A stretch of 64,000 bases of DNA, from contig JAUQQM010000002.1 of the NCBI GenBank assembly GCA_030549895.1, positions 1,037 to 65,036 on the forward strand, read 5' to 3'. The number at the start of each line of letters is the position of its first letter. Position 1 is the first letter of the stretch. Shown piece after piece: positions 33,953 to 43,752 of the stretch. The notes under the pieces are model-generated. The model saw only the letters and a list, made by a program, of their open reading frames with translations, did not search any database and was not told the origin of the DNA. Source of the DNA: Patescibacteria group bacterium (GTDB lineage Bacteria; Patescibacteriota; Minisyncoccia; UBA6257; HR35). Made by a program: the position numbers and the translations under genes.

Positions 33953-35455
33953 CTAAAATCCTAATAAATTAGATATAAAATTCCTAATTGTGTTAATTAT
34001 ATTAGAAAATATATTCCCCCTCTCACTGTTTTCAGATTCAATTTGTTGAGGAATGCTTATTTGTTGTTCATCTTGATTTAAAGTATTCTGCTGTCTTTGT
34101 AGTATTCTATAAGATGAAGGTTGATTTAAGGATGGGATAGTTTGAACTTCTTTGTTTACTTTAGCTTCTACACAGAAATAATTAAATTCACTCATCCAAA
34201 AATCAGGATTTTGACAATAATCTGATCCATCAGTTAAGTTTTTCTTTTTTTCATTACTAAAGAAATAAAACTTAAGTGTACCTGTTGTCGGAATAGAAGA
34301 AGTTGAAAAATTAAGAGTAATACTGTTAGGTGTAGAACTAGGAGAAACTGTAATAAAACTATTACTAGGACTATAACCAACGTTTGAAACATTTGTAGGA
34401 TAAATCCCGCCGCGATTCATAGATGCATTAATACAAGGAACAACTATATAATCATTTTTTATATCTTTTAAAGTTAAACTAAAAGTTTGATTATTCTCAG
34501 TTATAGTTGTAATAAAAACACATTTATTAGGAACTAATTTAATATTACCACCCTGACCTTGAGCTTGTTGAATATACAAAACAAAATTATTGCCTGGTGA
34601 AACTGTACCTCTAGGTGCGCTGGTAGCAATAATGTCAATTGATGAACTAGCAAGAAGATAAGATGAATCTAAAGAGGATGAAGAGTAAATATAAACTTCT
34701 GCTTTCGTTTTATTATCTATCATCCTGTTAAATACAGACGAGGACGAAAAATCATAAATAGCTGTCATTTCTTTCTTTTCTGAATCTAGGTTTATTCTTA
34801 CTGTAGTTGCATAATATTCATTTCCTATTTGAAACTTGTAATAAAAATCTTTATCGCTATAAGTTGAAGTAAGAGAAGAAGTAACATAAAATTTAAAGCG
34901 AAGATAGTTAGGAGTAATAACATTTTGAGCTTGTCTATCCCATATATATTGAGGGGAAACAGCAAAAGACTCAATTGAAGCTAATTTCACTCCTCCTGAA
35001 ACTGGGTTAATTTCAAGTGTAAGAAGAGTATAGTCTTGTAGTTTAATATTTAAATAAAGAGTTTGGAGTTGATCATTTCTATACTCAAAACTTATAGTAC
35101 ATACAGAACTGGTAAGGTTACAACTACCTATCGAAACGGTAAAGTAATTAAAGAATGTATGAGTTGAAGTTGTGGCAGTCAACCTCTTTATAGCTAGAGT
35201 TGTAGTTGAAACTAAGGAAGAAAAACTAGATGAAGTACTAACTTCCAAAATTAGAGGACTGCTTGAAACACTATTAAGGTCAAAATTAAATTCTAATGTA
35301 TAATCAACCTTAGTATAAGTAGGAAGGTCAATATTTGTAAAACCAAAAAGAATTCCTTGACCTTGAGCTAAAAGAAAGCTTAAAGGAGTAAGAAAAAGGA
35401 TTAAAAGGATAAATTCTTCTAAAAGACTAAAAAAATGTCTAGGATAAAGTTTCAT
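33953..35455 (-). CDS. Secreted Ser/Thr-rich beta-type protein with a Gln-rich, amphipathic C-terminus; no recognised family
   Basis: 500 aa with a signal-like N-terminus. It shares the motif S-C-x(4-6)-C-[ST]-[IL]-S-[FY]-x-Y ... LNI.LQ[DN] with the downstream 336-aa protein. Confidence 0.6.
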   Translation of the reverse strand: MKLYPRHFFSLLEEFILLILFLTPLSFLLAQGQGILFGFTNIDLPTYTKVDYTLEFNFDLNSVSSSPLILEVSTSSSFSSLVSTTTLAIKRLTATTSTHTFFNYFTVSIGSCNLTSSVCTISFEYRNDQLQTLYLNIKLQDYTLLTLEINPVSGGVKLASIESFAVSPQYIWDRQAQNVITPNYLRFKFYVTSSLTSTYSDKDFYYKFQIGNEYYATTVRINLDSEKKEMTAIYDFSSSSVFNRMIDNKTKAEVYIYSSSSLDSSYLLASSSIDIIATSAPRGTVSPGNNFVLYIQQAQGQGGNIKLVPNKCVFITTITENNQTFSLTLKDIKNDYIVVPCINASMNRGGIYPTNVSNVGYSPSNSFITVSPSSTPNSITLNFSTSSIPTTGTLKFYFFSNEKKKNLTDGSDYCQNPDFWMSEFNYFCVEAKVNKEVQTIPSLNQPSSYRILQRQQNTLNQDEQQISIPQQIESENSERGNIFSNIINTIRNFISNLLGF

Positions 35456-35492
35456 CTTTTAAAATTTTAATAAAAATTCTAATAAAATCAAG

Positions 35493-36875
35493 CTAATTTG
35501 TGGATTTCCTAACTTTTGGCCCAGAAATTGTATCTATAATTTCATAACCTAAAGATTTTATTTTTTCCCTTATTTTATCTGCTTCAACAAAGTTTTTATT
35601 TTTTCTTAAAATTTCTCTTTCTTGAATTAAATTTCTTATCTCTTCTGGAAGTTCATCAATTTTTTTATATATTTCCTCATCAAGATTAAGGCCGAAAATT
35701 TGATCAAAATAAAGTAGGGTTCCAATTTTTTCTTCTTGAGAAAGATCGCTTCTCAGCATTGTCCAGACATTAGAAAGAGCCTCTGGAAAGTTGAAATTGT
35801 CATTTATTTTCTCTAAAATTTTATTCTTCCAAAAATCATTTACAACCTCTTTTTTTTCGAAACCAGAAACAATCTCTCTTAATCTTTTTAAAGAGTTTTT
35901 TGAACTTTCTAAGGCTTCAAAAGAAAATTCTAAAAATGACTGATAATGACAAGAAAGAACAAGATATCTAAAATCTAATGGACTAAAGCCTCTTTCTTGA
36001 AGATCTTTCACTAAAATTACATTTCCCTCTGATTTGGCCATTTTCTTTTGATTTTTAAGAACAAGAAAATTGACATGAATCCAGTAAAAAACAAAAGGAA
36101 TTTTTTCTGTAGCTGCTTCTGATTGAGCTATTTCATTTGTATGATGAACTGGAATATGATCAATGCCACCACAATGAATATCAAATTGCTCTCCTAAATA
36201 TTTCATCGACATTGCTGAACATTCTATATGCCAACCAGGAAATCCAACTCCCCAAGGACTATCCCATTCCATTTGTCTCTTTTTTTCTTTTGGGGAAAAT
36301 TTCCATAAGGCAAAATCTGTTGGATTCTTTTTTTCGCCAATTTCAACTCTTAGGCCAGGAATTAATTCAATTTTTTTTCCTACTAATTTACCATAATCTT
36401 TTAGTTTAGAAGTATCAAAATAAATTCCATCTGAAGTTCTGTAAGTATATCCTTTTTTTTCTAAAATCTTTATAAGATCAATCATTTCTTTTATATGCTC
36501 AGTAGCTTTAGGCATATAATCTGGCATTAAAATGTTTAATTTTTTAAGATCATCTAAAAATGCGTTTGTATAAAATTCAGCTATTTCCCAAGCAGATTTT
36601 TTTTCTTTTTGAGCAGAAAGTTCAACTTTATCTTCTCCTTGATCTTGGTCATCAGTCAAATGCCCAACATCGGTAATATTCATTACATGCACTACCTTGT
36701 AGCCATTTAATATCAAAGTTCTTTTTATTAAATCTTCAACTATATAAGTTCTAAAATTTCCTATATGAGCAAAATCATAAACTGTCGGTCCACAAGTATA
36801 CATTCCAACAGGATATTTAAAAGGTACAAATTTTTCTACTTTCTTTGCTAAAGTATTGTAAACAAAAAGATCCAT
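35493..36875 (-). CDS. cysS: Cysteinyl-tRNA synthetase
   Basis: 460 aa with the HIGH region [15 protein letters not shown] and the KMSKS region KMAKSEGN. Confidence 0.95.
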   Translation of the reverse strand: MDLFVYNTLAKKVEKFVPFKYPVGMYTCGPTVYDFAHIGNFRTYIVEDLIKRTLILNGYKVVHVMNITDVGHLTDDQDQGEDKVELSAQKEKKSAWEIAEFYTNAFLDDLKKLNILMPDYMPKATEHIKEMIDLIKILEKKGYTYRTSDGIYFDTSKLKDYGKLVGKKIELIPGLRVEIGEKKNPTDFALWKFSPKEKKRQMEWDSPWGVGFPGWHIECSAMSMKYLGEQFDIHCGGIDHIPVHHTNEIAQSEAATEKIPFVFYWIHVNFLVLKNQKKMAKSEGNVILVKDLQERGFSPLDFRYLVLSCHYQSFLEFSFEALESSKNSLKRLREIVSGFEKKEVVNDFWKNKILEKINDNFNFPEALSNVWTMLRSDLSQEEKIGTLLYFDQIFGLNLDEEIYKKIDELPEEIRNLIQEREILRKNKNFVEADKIREKIKSLGYEIIDTISGPKVRKSTN

Positions 36876-36881
36876 AAAATA

Positions 36882-37718
36882 TTATAATTGATTTAAACCT
36901 AAATAATCAATTGAATTTTTAAAAATTGTCTCTTTAGCAACTTCAAAATCTATATTTTTAATTTGAGCTATTTTTTCTAAAATTATTTTAACATTTTTTG
37001 GCTCATTAAGAGTTCCTCTTAAAGGCTCTGGACTAACATAAGGAGAGTCAGTTTCTGTTAAAATCCTTTCAAGAGGAACATAAGAAAGAACTTCTCTTTT
37101 TTCATTTGCATTTTTAAAAGTAATTACTCCACCAAAAGAAAGATAAAAACCCAAATCTAAAAATTTTTTTGCATATTCTTTTGAGCCTGAGAAAAAATGG
37201 ATATTTGCTTTAATGGGTAAATATTTTTTAACAAGACTATAAAAGTCTTCAAAAGCACTCTCATCTTTACTTCTTAAATGAATCATAAGACTTTTTTTAT
37301 GTTTTTTAGCAAAAACAATTTGGCTTTCACAAACATCCCATTGTCTTTTTTTGATTTCTTTTATTTTGTCAGCTGAAAGATTATCAAAATAAAAATAATC
37401 TAAACCAAACTCTCCAATTACTAAAGTTTTTTCATTAATTAAACTTCCATAAAAATTTTCATCAAAAAATTCTTCCTTTTCTATTTTACCTTCAAAAGGA
37501 TCTTCAAGATCACTCCAGGTATGATGAGGATGAAGACCTATACCAGCCCAAACACCATCAAAAAGTGCAAGTCTTACAGCTTCTTTTGAAGTACTTTTAC
37601 AAGTACCTATATTCAAAAACCAGACTCCTTGGGATAAATTCTCTTTTATTTTTTCTTCTGGGTTTTGAAAAACTTTAAAATTAAGATGGGCATGAATATC
37701 AAAAAATTTCACTTCCAT
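36882..37718 (-). CDS. tatD: TatD family metal-dependent hydrolase/DNase
   Basis: 278 aa with FDIHAHL, GEFGLDY and a TETDSPY-type motif. Confidence 0.85.
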   Translation of the reverse strand: MEVKFFDIHAHLNFKVFQNPEEKIKENLSQGVWFLNIGTCKSTSKEAVRLALFDGVWAGIGLHPHHTWSDLEDPFEGKIEKEEFFDENFYGSLINEKTLVIGEFGLDYFYFDNLSADKIKEIKKRQWDVCESQIVFAKKHKKSLMIHLRSKDESAFEDFYSLVKKYLPIKANIHFFSGSKEYAKKFLDLGFYLSFGGVITFKNANEKREVLSYVPLERILTETDSPYVSPEPLRGTLNEPKNVKIILEKIAQIKNIDFEVAKETIFKNSIDYLGLNQL

Positions 37719-38818
37719 AATTTTTTTAAAAGTAAGTTTTTTTCTTTCGCCGAAAGAAATCTTGCTTTTTGAAGGGCTTTTTCTAATATCTCTAAAGACC
37801 TGTCATAAACAAAACGATCAACTGGATAGGGTGTCCCATCTTTCCCACCATGGGCAAAAGTGTATCTTGCTGGATCTTTCCAACTTGCTGGAGCTCCATA
37901 TATAATTTCGGCAATTAGACTAAGGGCCCGAATAGTTTTTGGGCCTATTTTTGTTTTTAAAAGATCTATAAAATTTAATGAATCTTTAAGATTAGATTTT
38001 AAAAGAACATTTTTTACTCTTTTAAAATCTATCTTTTCTTTTAAAATAGGATGAAACTTAAACTCTATCTCAGGTAAATCAAGGCTTTTAATTAGCATCT
38101 TTTTATTTCCTAAAATTATCTCAAGTTCTTTAAGATTTTTAAAAACATCCTTTTCTGAAACTATCTTTAAAATAGTTTGCCTATTCTCTAAACTTTCTTT
38201 TGAAGCTAAGTTTAAAACTCTATTTAAAAAAACCTGGCTTGCTATACCTTGATGGAAATCATTTAATAAACTTTCATCATCAACATTACCCTCGCTATAC
38301 CAATGATATCTTCTTGCCTTTTGAATTTGAGGATTCATCCCTTGTTGAATTACTGACCAGTTGCCAAATTTATCAAAAATAAAAACATGATGATACAAAT
38401 TAAATCCATCTTGAATTAAAGAGTTATCTATTTTAGCAACAATTTTTGAAAGCTCAGTAAAATTATTATTAAACCCAAATCTTTCATTAAAACTTATAAT
38501 TTCTTCAGGAGTTTTAAGAGAAGTTTTTCCTTTACCACCACAAACGTAAATACCTAAATCCCACCCCCTTCTTTTCATTGCTTCTTTTATTGCTGCTGTT
38601 GTCACAACTGTAAGACCAGAAGAATTCCAATCAAAAGCTAAAAGACAACCAAAAGATTGAAACCATACTGGATCAGATATTCTTTTTAAAAATTCCTTAG
38701 GGCCAAATTCAATAACAATAGACTCAATAATAAGACTTGCTAGTCTTGTCATTCTTTCAAAAAGCCATCGAGGGCATCTTCCATAATCTAAACTAAATGT
38801 AGCAATACCTGTTCTCAT
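37709..38818 (-). CDS. DUF763 family protein (function unknown; family best known from archaea)
   Basis: 369 aa with N-terminal GRCPRWLFERMTRLA...RISDPVWFQSFGCLLAFDWNSSGLT. Confidence 0.65.
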   Translation of the reverse strand: MRTGIATFSLDYGRCPRWLFERMTRLASLIIESIVIEFGPKEFLKRISDPVWFQSFGCLLAFDWNSSGLTVVTTAAIKEAMKRRGWDLGIYVCGGKGKTSLKTPEEIISFNERFGFNNNFTELSKIVAKIDNSLIQDGFNLYHHVFIFDKFGNWSVIQQGMNPQIQKARRYHWYSEGNVDDESLLNDFHQGIASQVFLNRVLNLASKESLENRQTILKIVSEKDVFKNLKELEIILGNKKMLIKSLDLPEIEFKFHPILKEKIDFKRVKNVLLKSNLKDSLNFIDLLKTKIGPKTIRALSLIAEIIYGAPASWKDPARYTFAHGGKDGTPYPVDRFVYDRSLEILEKALQKARFLSAKEKNLLLKKLWK

Positions 38819-39447
38819 TCTATTAAAGGAACAAAAACAAAACCTGGAAATTCTTCTTTATTTATTTTACCATCTTTTTTAACTACTTTCACAAGAGTAT
38901 TTTCTATGGGAATGACTAAAATTCCATTATCAGCTAACTGATCAACTAAACTTTTAGGTAAAGCCTGAGAAGAAGCACTAACTAAAATTCTATCAAAAGG
39001 AGCGTATTCTTTTAAATCATAAACTCCATTATTGTTGAAAAGATGAACCTCTGGTGGTAGTTCTCTTTTATTGAATTTAACTTCAAAAAAATTAAGAATA
39101 TTTTTAACTCCTAAATCAAATACGTGAGAATTTATCTCAGAAGCATAAGTTGGTCCTCTGGTAACCCACCAAATTAGCATTGTTGTCCAACCAGAACCAG
39201 ATCCTACATCTAAAGATTTTAATCCTGGCTTTAAATCAAGTAAGTCAAGCATAAAAGCAACTGTCCATGGTTGAGAAATAGTTTGTCCCTCTATTAAAGG
39301 CAAAGCTTCATCTTCATAAGCAAAATCTTTTAAATAGTTAAGAACAAAAAAGGCTCTATCAACATTCAAAAAAGCATCAATAAGTTTAGGATCTTTTAGA
39401 ACTCCTTCTCTTTTAAGTTTTTCAACTAGATCATTAAGGGTTTTCAT
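38815..39447 (-). CDS. pcm: Protein-L-isoaspartate O-methyltransferase
   Basis: 210 aa with GQTISQPWTVAFM and the SAM motif LDVGSGSGW. Confidence 0.8.
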   Translation of the reverse strand: MKTLNDLVEKLKREGVLKDPKLIDAFLNVDRAFFVLNYLKDFAYEDEALPLIEGQTISQPWTVAFMLDLLDLKPGLKSLDVGSGSGWTTMLIWWVTRGPTYASEINSHVFDLGVKNILNFFEVKFNKRELPPEVHLFNNNGVYDLKEYAPFDRILVSASSQALPKSLVDQLADNGILVIPIENTLVKVVKKDGKINKEEFPGFVFVPLIE

Positions 39448-39456
39448 TATAAAATA

Positions 39457-39957
39457 TTATACGAAATCTTTAGAGATTATGGGTAAGTATTTGGCAAATG
39501 GTTTTTGAAGAATTGATTGATAAAAAGTAATTCTTTTTGGTTTTACATAGTAATTTAGAGGAACAAAAATTTTGGGTAGCTTTTTAATATTTGTTGGTTT
39601 GAATCTTAAAAGATTTAAATGAGGATAAAAATCATTAACTTTATATTTTTCGAAAATAGGAGTAAAAACATCCATATTTTCATTTTTAAAATGGACCCAG
39701 ACCATTCGCGGAAAATTTCCTGGAGAGTAATCTACTTTCCAGCAAAAAATCTGTGGTTTTTTAATTTCAAGACTTAAGAGAAAATTTTTTGTCTCTTCTA
39801 AAGTTTTTTCATCTATATTTCCTAAAAAAGCTAAAGTAAGATGCCAGTTTTCTCTTCTAATCCATTTCCCTGGTAATTTTTTCTTTATCTTCTTTACAAT
39901 TACCTCTATCTCATCAAAAAATTCATCTTCAAAATCAAGAGCAATAAAAGTTCTCAT
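39457..39957 (-). CDS. thpR: 2H phosphoesterase (2'-5' RNA ligase / RNA 2',3'-cyclic phosphodiesterase, LigT/ThpR-like)
   Basis: 166 aa. The first HxTx motif is HLTLAFLG. The second is HLNLLRF, with Asn in place of Thr. Confidence 0.65.
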   Translation of the reverse strand: MRTFIALDFEDEFFDEIEVIVKKIKKKLPGKWIRRENWHLTLAFLGNIDEKTLEETKNFLLSLEIKKPQIFCWKVDYSPGNFPRMVWVHFKNENMDVFTPIFEKYKVNDFYPHLNLLRFKPTNIKKLPKIFVPLNYYVKPKRITFYQSILQKPFAKYLPIISKDFV

Positions 39958-41267
39958 TTTATTTTCTCTTTTAAAAATTCTTCTAATTCTTTAACGGGTA
40001 CTCTTTCCTGAAAACCACTATCTCTGTATCGTATAGTGACATCTTTATTTTTAAGACTGTCAAAATCTACTGTCAAACAAAATGGTGTTCCAATCTCGTC
40101 TTGCCTTCTATATCTTCTACCTATACTTCCAGACTCATCATAGACAGTGACAAATTTTGTTCTTAATTCTTCATAAATTTGTTTTGCCATCTCTACAAGT
40201 TCTTTTTTATTTGAAAGCAAAGGAAAGACAGCAACTTTTATTGGAGCTATTTTTGGATTTAATCTTAAAACAATTCTTTCGCTTCCATTAAGAGAGTCAA
40301 CATCAAAAGCATCAAAAAGAAAAGCAAAAATAACTCTTTCAACTCCACAAGAAGGCTCAATTACATAAGGAAAGTATTTTTCTTTTGAATCTGGATCAAA
40401 GTATCTTAAATCTTTTCCAGAAAATTCACTATGCTTTTTAAGATCATAATCAGTTCTGTTAGCAAGACCTTCAATTTCTTGAAAACCAAAAGAAAACTTG
40501 TAGTAAATATCAACATTCCTTTTTGAGTAATGAGGTAATTCCTCTTTTGGCACTTCAACCTTTTTAATATTTTCTTCTTTAATTCCTAAATTTAAATACC
40601 ATTTAAATCTTTTCTCTAGCCAATAATCAAACCAATAATCACTTTCTGATGGTTTTGTAAAAAATTCAAGTTCCATTTGCTCGAATTCTCTTAATCTAAA
40701 AATAAAGTGTCGAGGATTTATCTCATTTCGAAAAGATTTTCCTAGAGAAGCTATCCCAAAAGGTAATTTTGCTCTTGTTGAGTTAAGAACATTTAAAAAA
40801 TTCACAAAAATACCTTGGGCTGTTTCTGGCCTTAAATAGCCAGTTTGATCACCAAGAGCACCTATTTGAGTTTTAAACATAAGATTAAATTTCTTTGGCT
40901 CAGATATATTTTCAGAAGAACAATTAGGACATTTATCTTTGACCTCTTCTTCTTTAAATCTTAAATGACAATCATAACATTCAATTAAATTGTCATAAAA
41001 ATTTTCTAAATGACCTGAAGCTTCAAAAATCTTTTCTGAGTTAATTAGGCTGCTATCTAGTAAATAAATATTTTTTTCTTTAAAAACTACGTCTTCGAGC
41101 CAAAGATTTTTTAAATTGATTTTCATTAAAACTCCTAAAGGGCCAAAATCATAAAACCCATTTAAACCGCCATAAATTTCATTAGATTGAAAAATAAAAC
41201 CTTCATTTTTTAAAAATTTAGCAAACTCAGATAAAAAATTTTCACTATCTTTTTTGAAAATTTTCAT
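39954..41267 (-). CDS. glyQS: Glycyl-tRNA synthetase (class II, alpha2 type)
   Basis: 437 aa with SFRNEINPRHFIFRLREFEQMELEFF and an anticodon-binding C-terminus. Confidence 0.9.
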   Translation of the reverse strand: MKIFKKDSENFLSEFAKFLKNEGFIFQSNEIYGGLNGFYDFGPLGVLMKINLKNLWLEDVVFKEKNIYLLDSSLINSEKIFEASGHLENFYDNLIECYDCHLRFKEEEVKDKCPNCSSENISEPKKFNLMFKTQIGALGDQTGYLRPETAQGIFVNFLNVLNSTRAKLPFGIASLGKSFRNEINPRHFIFRLREFEQMELEFFTKPSESDYWFDYWLEKRFKWYLNLGIKEENIKKVEVPKEELPHYSKRNVDIYYKFSFGFQEIEGLANRTDYDLKKHSEFSGKDLRYFDPDSKEKYFPYVIEPSCGVERVIFAFLFDAFDVDSLNGSERIVLRLNPKIAPIKVAVFPLLSNKKELVEMAKQIYEELRTKFVTVYDESGSIGRRYRRQDEIGTPFCLTVDFDSLKNKDVTIRYRDSGFQERVPVKELEEFLKEKIK

Positions 41268-41272
41268 AGAAA

Positions 41273-41281
41273 ATTATAACA
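41273..41281 (-). promoter_or_regulatory. Extended -10 (TGTTATAAT), 5 nt before the glyQS ATG
   Basis: Plus-strand attataaca within a 36-nt divergent gap. Confidence 0.5.
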
Positions 41282-41289
41282 CACTAATT

Positions 41290-41298
41290 TGTTATAAT
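41290..41298 (+). promoter_or_regulatory. Extended -10 (TGTTATAAT), 5 nt before the ychF ATG
   Basis: tgttataat followed by tttag and then ATG. Confidence 0.5.
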
Positions 41299-41303
41299 TT
41301 TAG

Positions 41304-42188
41304 ATGAGACCTAAAATAGGAATAGTTGGTCTTCCAAATGTAGGAAAATCTACTTTCCTGAATTTAATGACAGAAAAAAACATAGCTCAAACAGCTCCTT
41401 GGCCATTTACTACAATTGATCCTAATCGAGGAATTTCTTTTTATGATAAAGATATCTTTTATGAAGTAGCTAAAAAATTTAATTCAAAAAGAATAATTTT
41501 TGCTGAATTTGAATTTATTGATGTTGCTGGACTTATAAAAGATTCTTGGCAAGGAAAGGGTTTAGGAAATCAATTTCTTTCTCATCTTAAAGAAGCAGAT
41601 ATTCTAGTTGAAATAGTAAGAACATTTACTGGTAATGTACCCCATGTTGACGAAACAATCGACCCTCTAAGAGATCATCAAATAATTGAAAAAGAACTTA
41701 AAATGTCTGATTTAAAAATATGTCAGAATAACAAAAAGAAAGAAAAAACTTTAGAGATAATTGAAAAAAAGATTAATTTGAATGAAAAATTAGATCAAAA
41801 AGAACTTGAAATAGCAAAAAAATATGGACTTTTTACTTGTAAAGAAAAATTAATCTTAGCTAATGGAGATGAAAAAGTTGATTTTGCTGATATTTGCTTT
41901 TCATTTAAAGATAACTTTACAAAGAAAATAAAGATAGAGATTTTGGAAAAAATTTTAGAAAAATTAAATCTTACCTATTTTGTCACGGCAAATGAAAATG
42001 AAACAAGAATAAATCTTATCAGAAAAAATGCTAATTTCTCTGAAGCAGCTGAAATTGTTCATTCAGACTTTCCCAAAAATTTAATAAAAGTTCAAGTTCA
42101 TCCTCTTGACGATTTAAATAAAAAATTAATTGTTGGTAAAAATGACAAGATCATTCCTGAAAGTCTATACTATTTCATTTTAAAATAA
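41304..42188 (+). CDS. ychF: YchF/Ola1-type GTPase/ATPase (shortened)
   Basis: 294 aa with the G1 motif GIVGLPNVGKSTFLN, DVAGLIK and a C-terminal TGS-like end (IHSDF...). Confidence 0.75.
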   Translation: MRPKIGIVGLPNVGKSTFLNLMTEKNIAQTAPWPFTTIDPNRGISFYDKDIFYEVAKKFNSKRIIFAEFEFIDVAGLIKDSWQGKGLGNQFLSHLKEADILVEIVRTFTGNVPHVDETIDPLRDHQIIEKELKMSDLKICQNNKKKEKTLEIIEKKINLNEKLDQKELEIAKKYGLFTCKEKLILANGDEKVDFADICFSFKDNFTKKIKIEILEKILEKLNLTYFVTANENETRINLIRKNANFSEAAEIVHSDFPKNLIKVQVHPLDDLNKKLIVGKNDKIIPESLYYFILK

Positions 42189-43667
42189 ATGTTAAAAGGG
42201 CTTTTCAAAAATATCTCTGCTAGGCAAATTGTTCTTAAAAATGTTTTCTGGATTTTCTTTTCTCAAATTGTAATAAGAGTTTTAAAGTTTTTTCTTGTAA
42301 TTTATATAGCTAAATCTTTAGGACCAAGTGGTTATGGTTCATTTCAATACATATTTTCAATTTTAGGCCTTATATATATTTTTGGTGACTTAGGAATCAA
42401 CAACATCCTTATAAGAGATTTTCAAAAAAAAGACATTGAAAAAGAAAAATTTTTAAGTGTAATTGAATTTTTAAATATCCTCCTAGAGTTAATCTTTCTT
42501 TTCTTAAGTCTTCTTGTTTTTTTTATTGTAGAAGAAAAAATAAAAATAACATTTTTAATTCTTTCTTTCTTTTTCTTCTTCCAAAACATAAAAAATTTTA
42601 TTTTTTCTCTTCTGAAAGCATTAAATAAAATGGAAATTGAAGCAATAATTTTAATCTTGGAAAATCTCTGGGTAATTATTTTAGCCTTTCTTCTTTTAAA
42701 AAAATGGCCTCAAGAAAGTACTTTAGCTCTTGCTTATCTTGGAGCTTCAGTTATTTCTTTTATAATCTCCTTTCTTTATATCAAAAAAATCATTGTTAAA
42801 CCTAAAATCGATTTAAATTACGCAAAAAAAATTATCATCAATTCTTTGCCTTTTGTTTTAGGTGGAATAAGTGGCTATATTCTAACAAATACTGACATTT
42901 TAATGATAAAGTGGTTTTGGGATGAATGGTCTGTTGGACAATATACTATAGGAGTAAAGGTCTTTCAATTTCTTCTTTTAATCGCTTTTGCCTTAACTAC
43001 TGCTTCTTTTCCTCTTCTTGCCAGTAAAAAAGAATCTCCAAATATCTCTAAAAGAGTTACAGATATATTGTGGGCTCTTCTTTATCTTGGAGTCCCTTTA
43101 GCTCTTGGAGGATTTTTACTTAAAGAAAGATTAATTTTAAGATTCTTTGGTAATCAGTATTTCTTAAGCCCTGTTCCTTTTGGCATTTTAATGCTTTCAA
43201 TTCCTTTTGCCTTTCTTATAATATTTTTAGGAAATATTCTTTTTATTTATAATCTTCAGCTTAAATATTTTGCGGTTGTTTTTCTGGCTTCAATTTTAAA
43301 TATAGTTCTTAACTTTTTAGTTATTCCAAAAATCTCAATTATTGGAGCTGCCCTCACTACATTTATCTGTAATGTTTTTACCTTTATCTTACTTTTAAAA
43401 ATTGCTGCCAAACTTAACTTAATTTTTCTTGATAGAAAAAAATTAAAAAACATAATTCTTGCTAATTTTTTAAATACAATCCTCGTAATTTTCCTTATGA
43501 AAACTGGAATTTCTTCTATCTTGATAGTTATAGTTTCTGTGCTTTTTTACTTTTTTGTCCTTAAAATCTTAAAAGAAAAACTAATTGAAGAAATTCAAGA
43601 AACTCTTAAGGAGATAATGAGCGTAGAAAAGATTTCACCCCCTCAAGAAAGTTCTTTTCAAGACTAA
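42189..43667 (+). CDS. MOP-superfamily polysaccharide/lipid-linked oligosaccharide flippase (Wzx/MurJ-like)
   Basis: 492 aa with about 12-14 TM segments and a polysaccharide biosynthesis protein-type N-terminus. Confidence 0.7.
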   Translation: MLKGLFKNISARQIVLKNVFWIFFSQIVIRVLKFFLVIYIAKSLGPSGYGSFQYIFSILGLIYIFGDLGINNILIRDFQKKDIEKEKFLSVIEFLNILLELIFLFLSLLVFFIVEEKIKITFLILSFFFFFQNIKNFIFSLLKALNKMEIEAIILILENLWVIILAFLLLKKWPQESTLALAYLGASVISFIISFLYIKKIIVKPKIDLNYAKKIIINSLPFVLGGISGYILTNTDILMIKWFWDEWSVGQYTIGVKVFQFLLLIAFALTTASFPLLASKKESPNISKRVTDILWALLYLGVPLALGGFLLKERLILRFFGNQYFLSPVPFGILMLSIPFAFLIIFLGNILFIYNLQLKYFAVVFLASILNIVLNFLVIPKISIIGAALTTFICNVFTFILLLKIAAKLNLIFLDRKKLKNIILANFLNTILVIFLMKTGISSILIVIVSVLFYFFVLKILKEKLIEEIQETLKEIMSVEKISPPQESSFQD

Positions 43668-43752
43668 AAATATTAAAATTATAAATAAAATAAAGAATAA
43701 GTCCTAAAAAAATTGAAACTAAAATAATTCCCCAAGTTCTCTCATCAACCAT
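43606..43752 (-). CDS. Possible 48-aa single-TM protein coupled to holB (MVDERTWGIILVSIFLGLILYFIYNFNIFSLEKNFLEGVKSFLRSLSP)
   Basis: The ATG overlaps the holB stop (ATGGTTGA). It is a 49-codon open frame in AT-rich DNA and is antisense to the last 62 nt of the flippase gene. Confidence 0.25.
   Translation of the reverse strand: MVDERTWGIILVSIFLGLILYFIYNFNIFSLEKNFLEGVKSFLRSLSP

Noticed and set aside
33953-35455. Horizontal acquisition of the Ser/Thr-rich protein pair, judged from a slightly higher apparent GC content.
   Set aside because: The shift is explained by Ser/Thr/Gly codon content. There are no flanking tRNA-integration scars, repeats or mobility genes, and composition cannot be quantified by eye.
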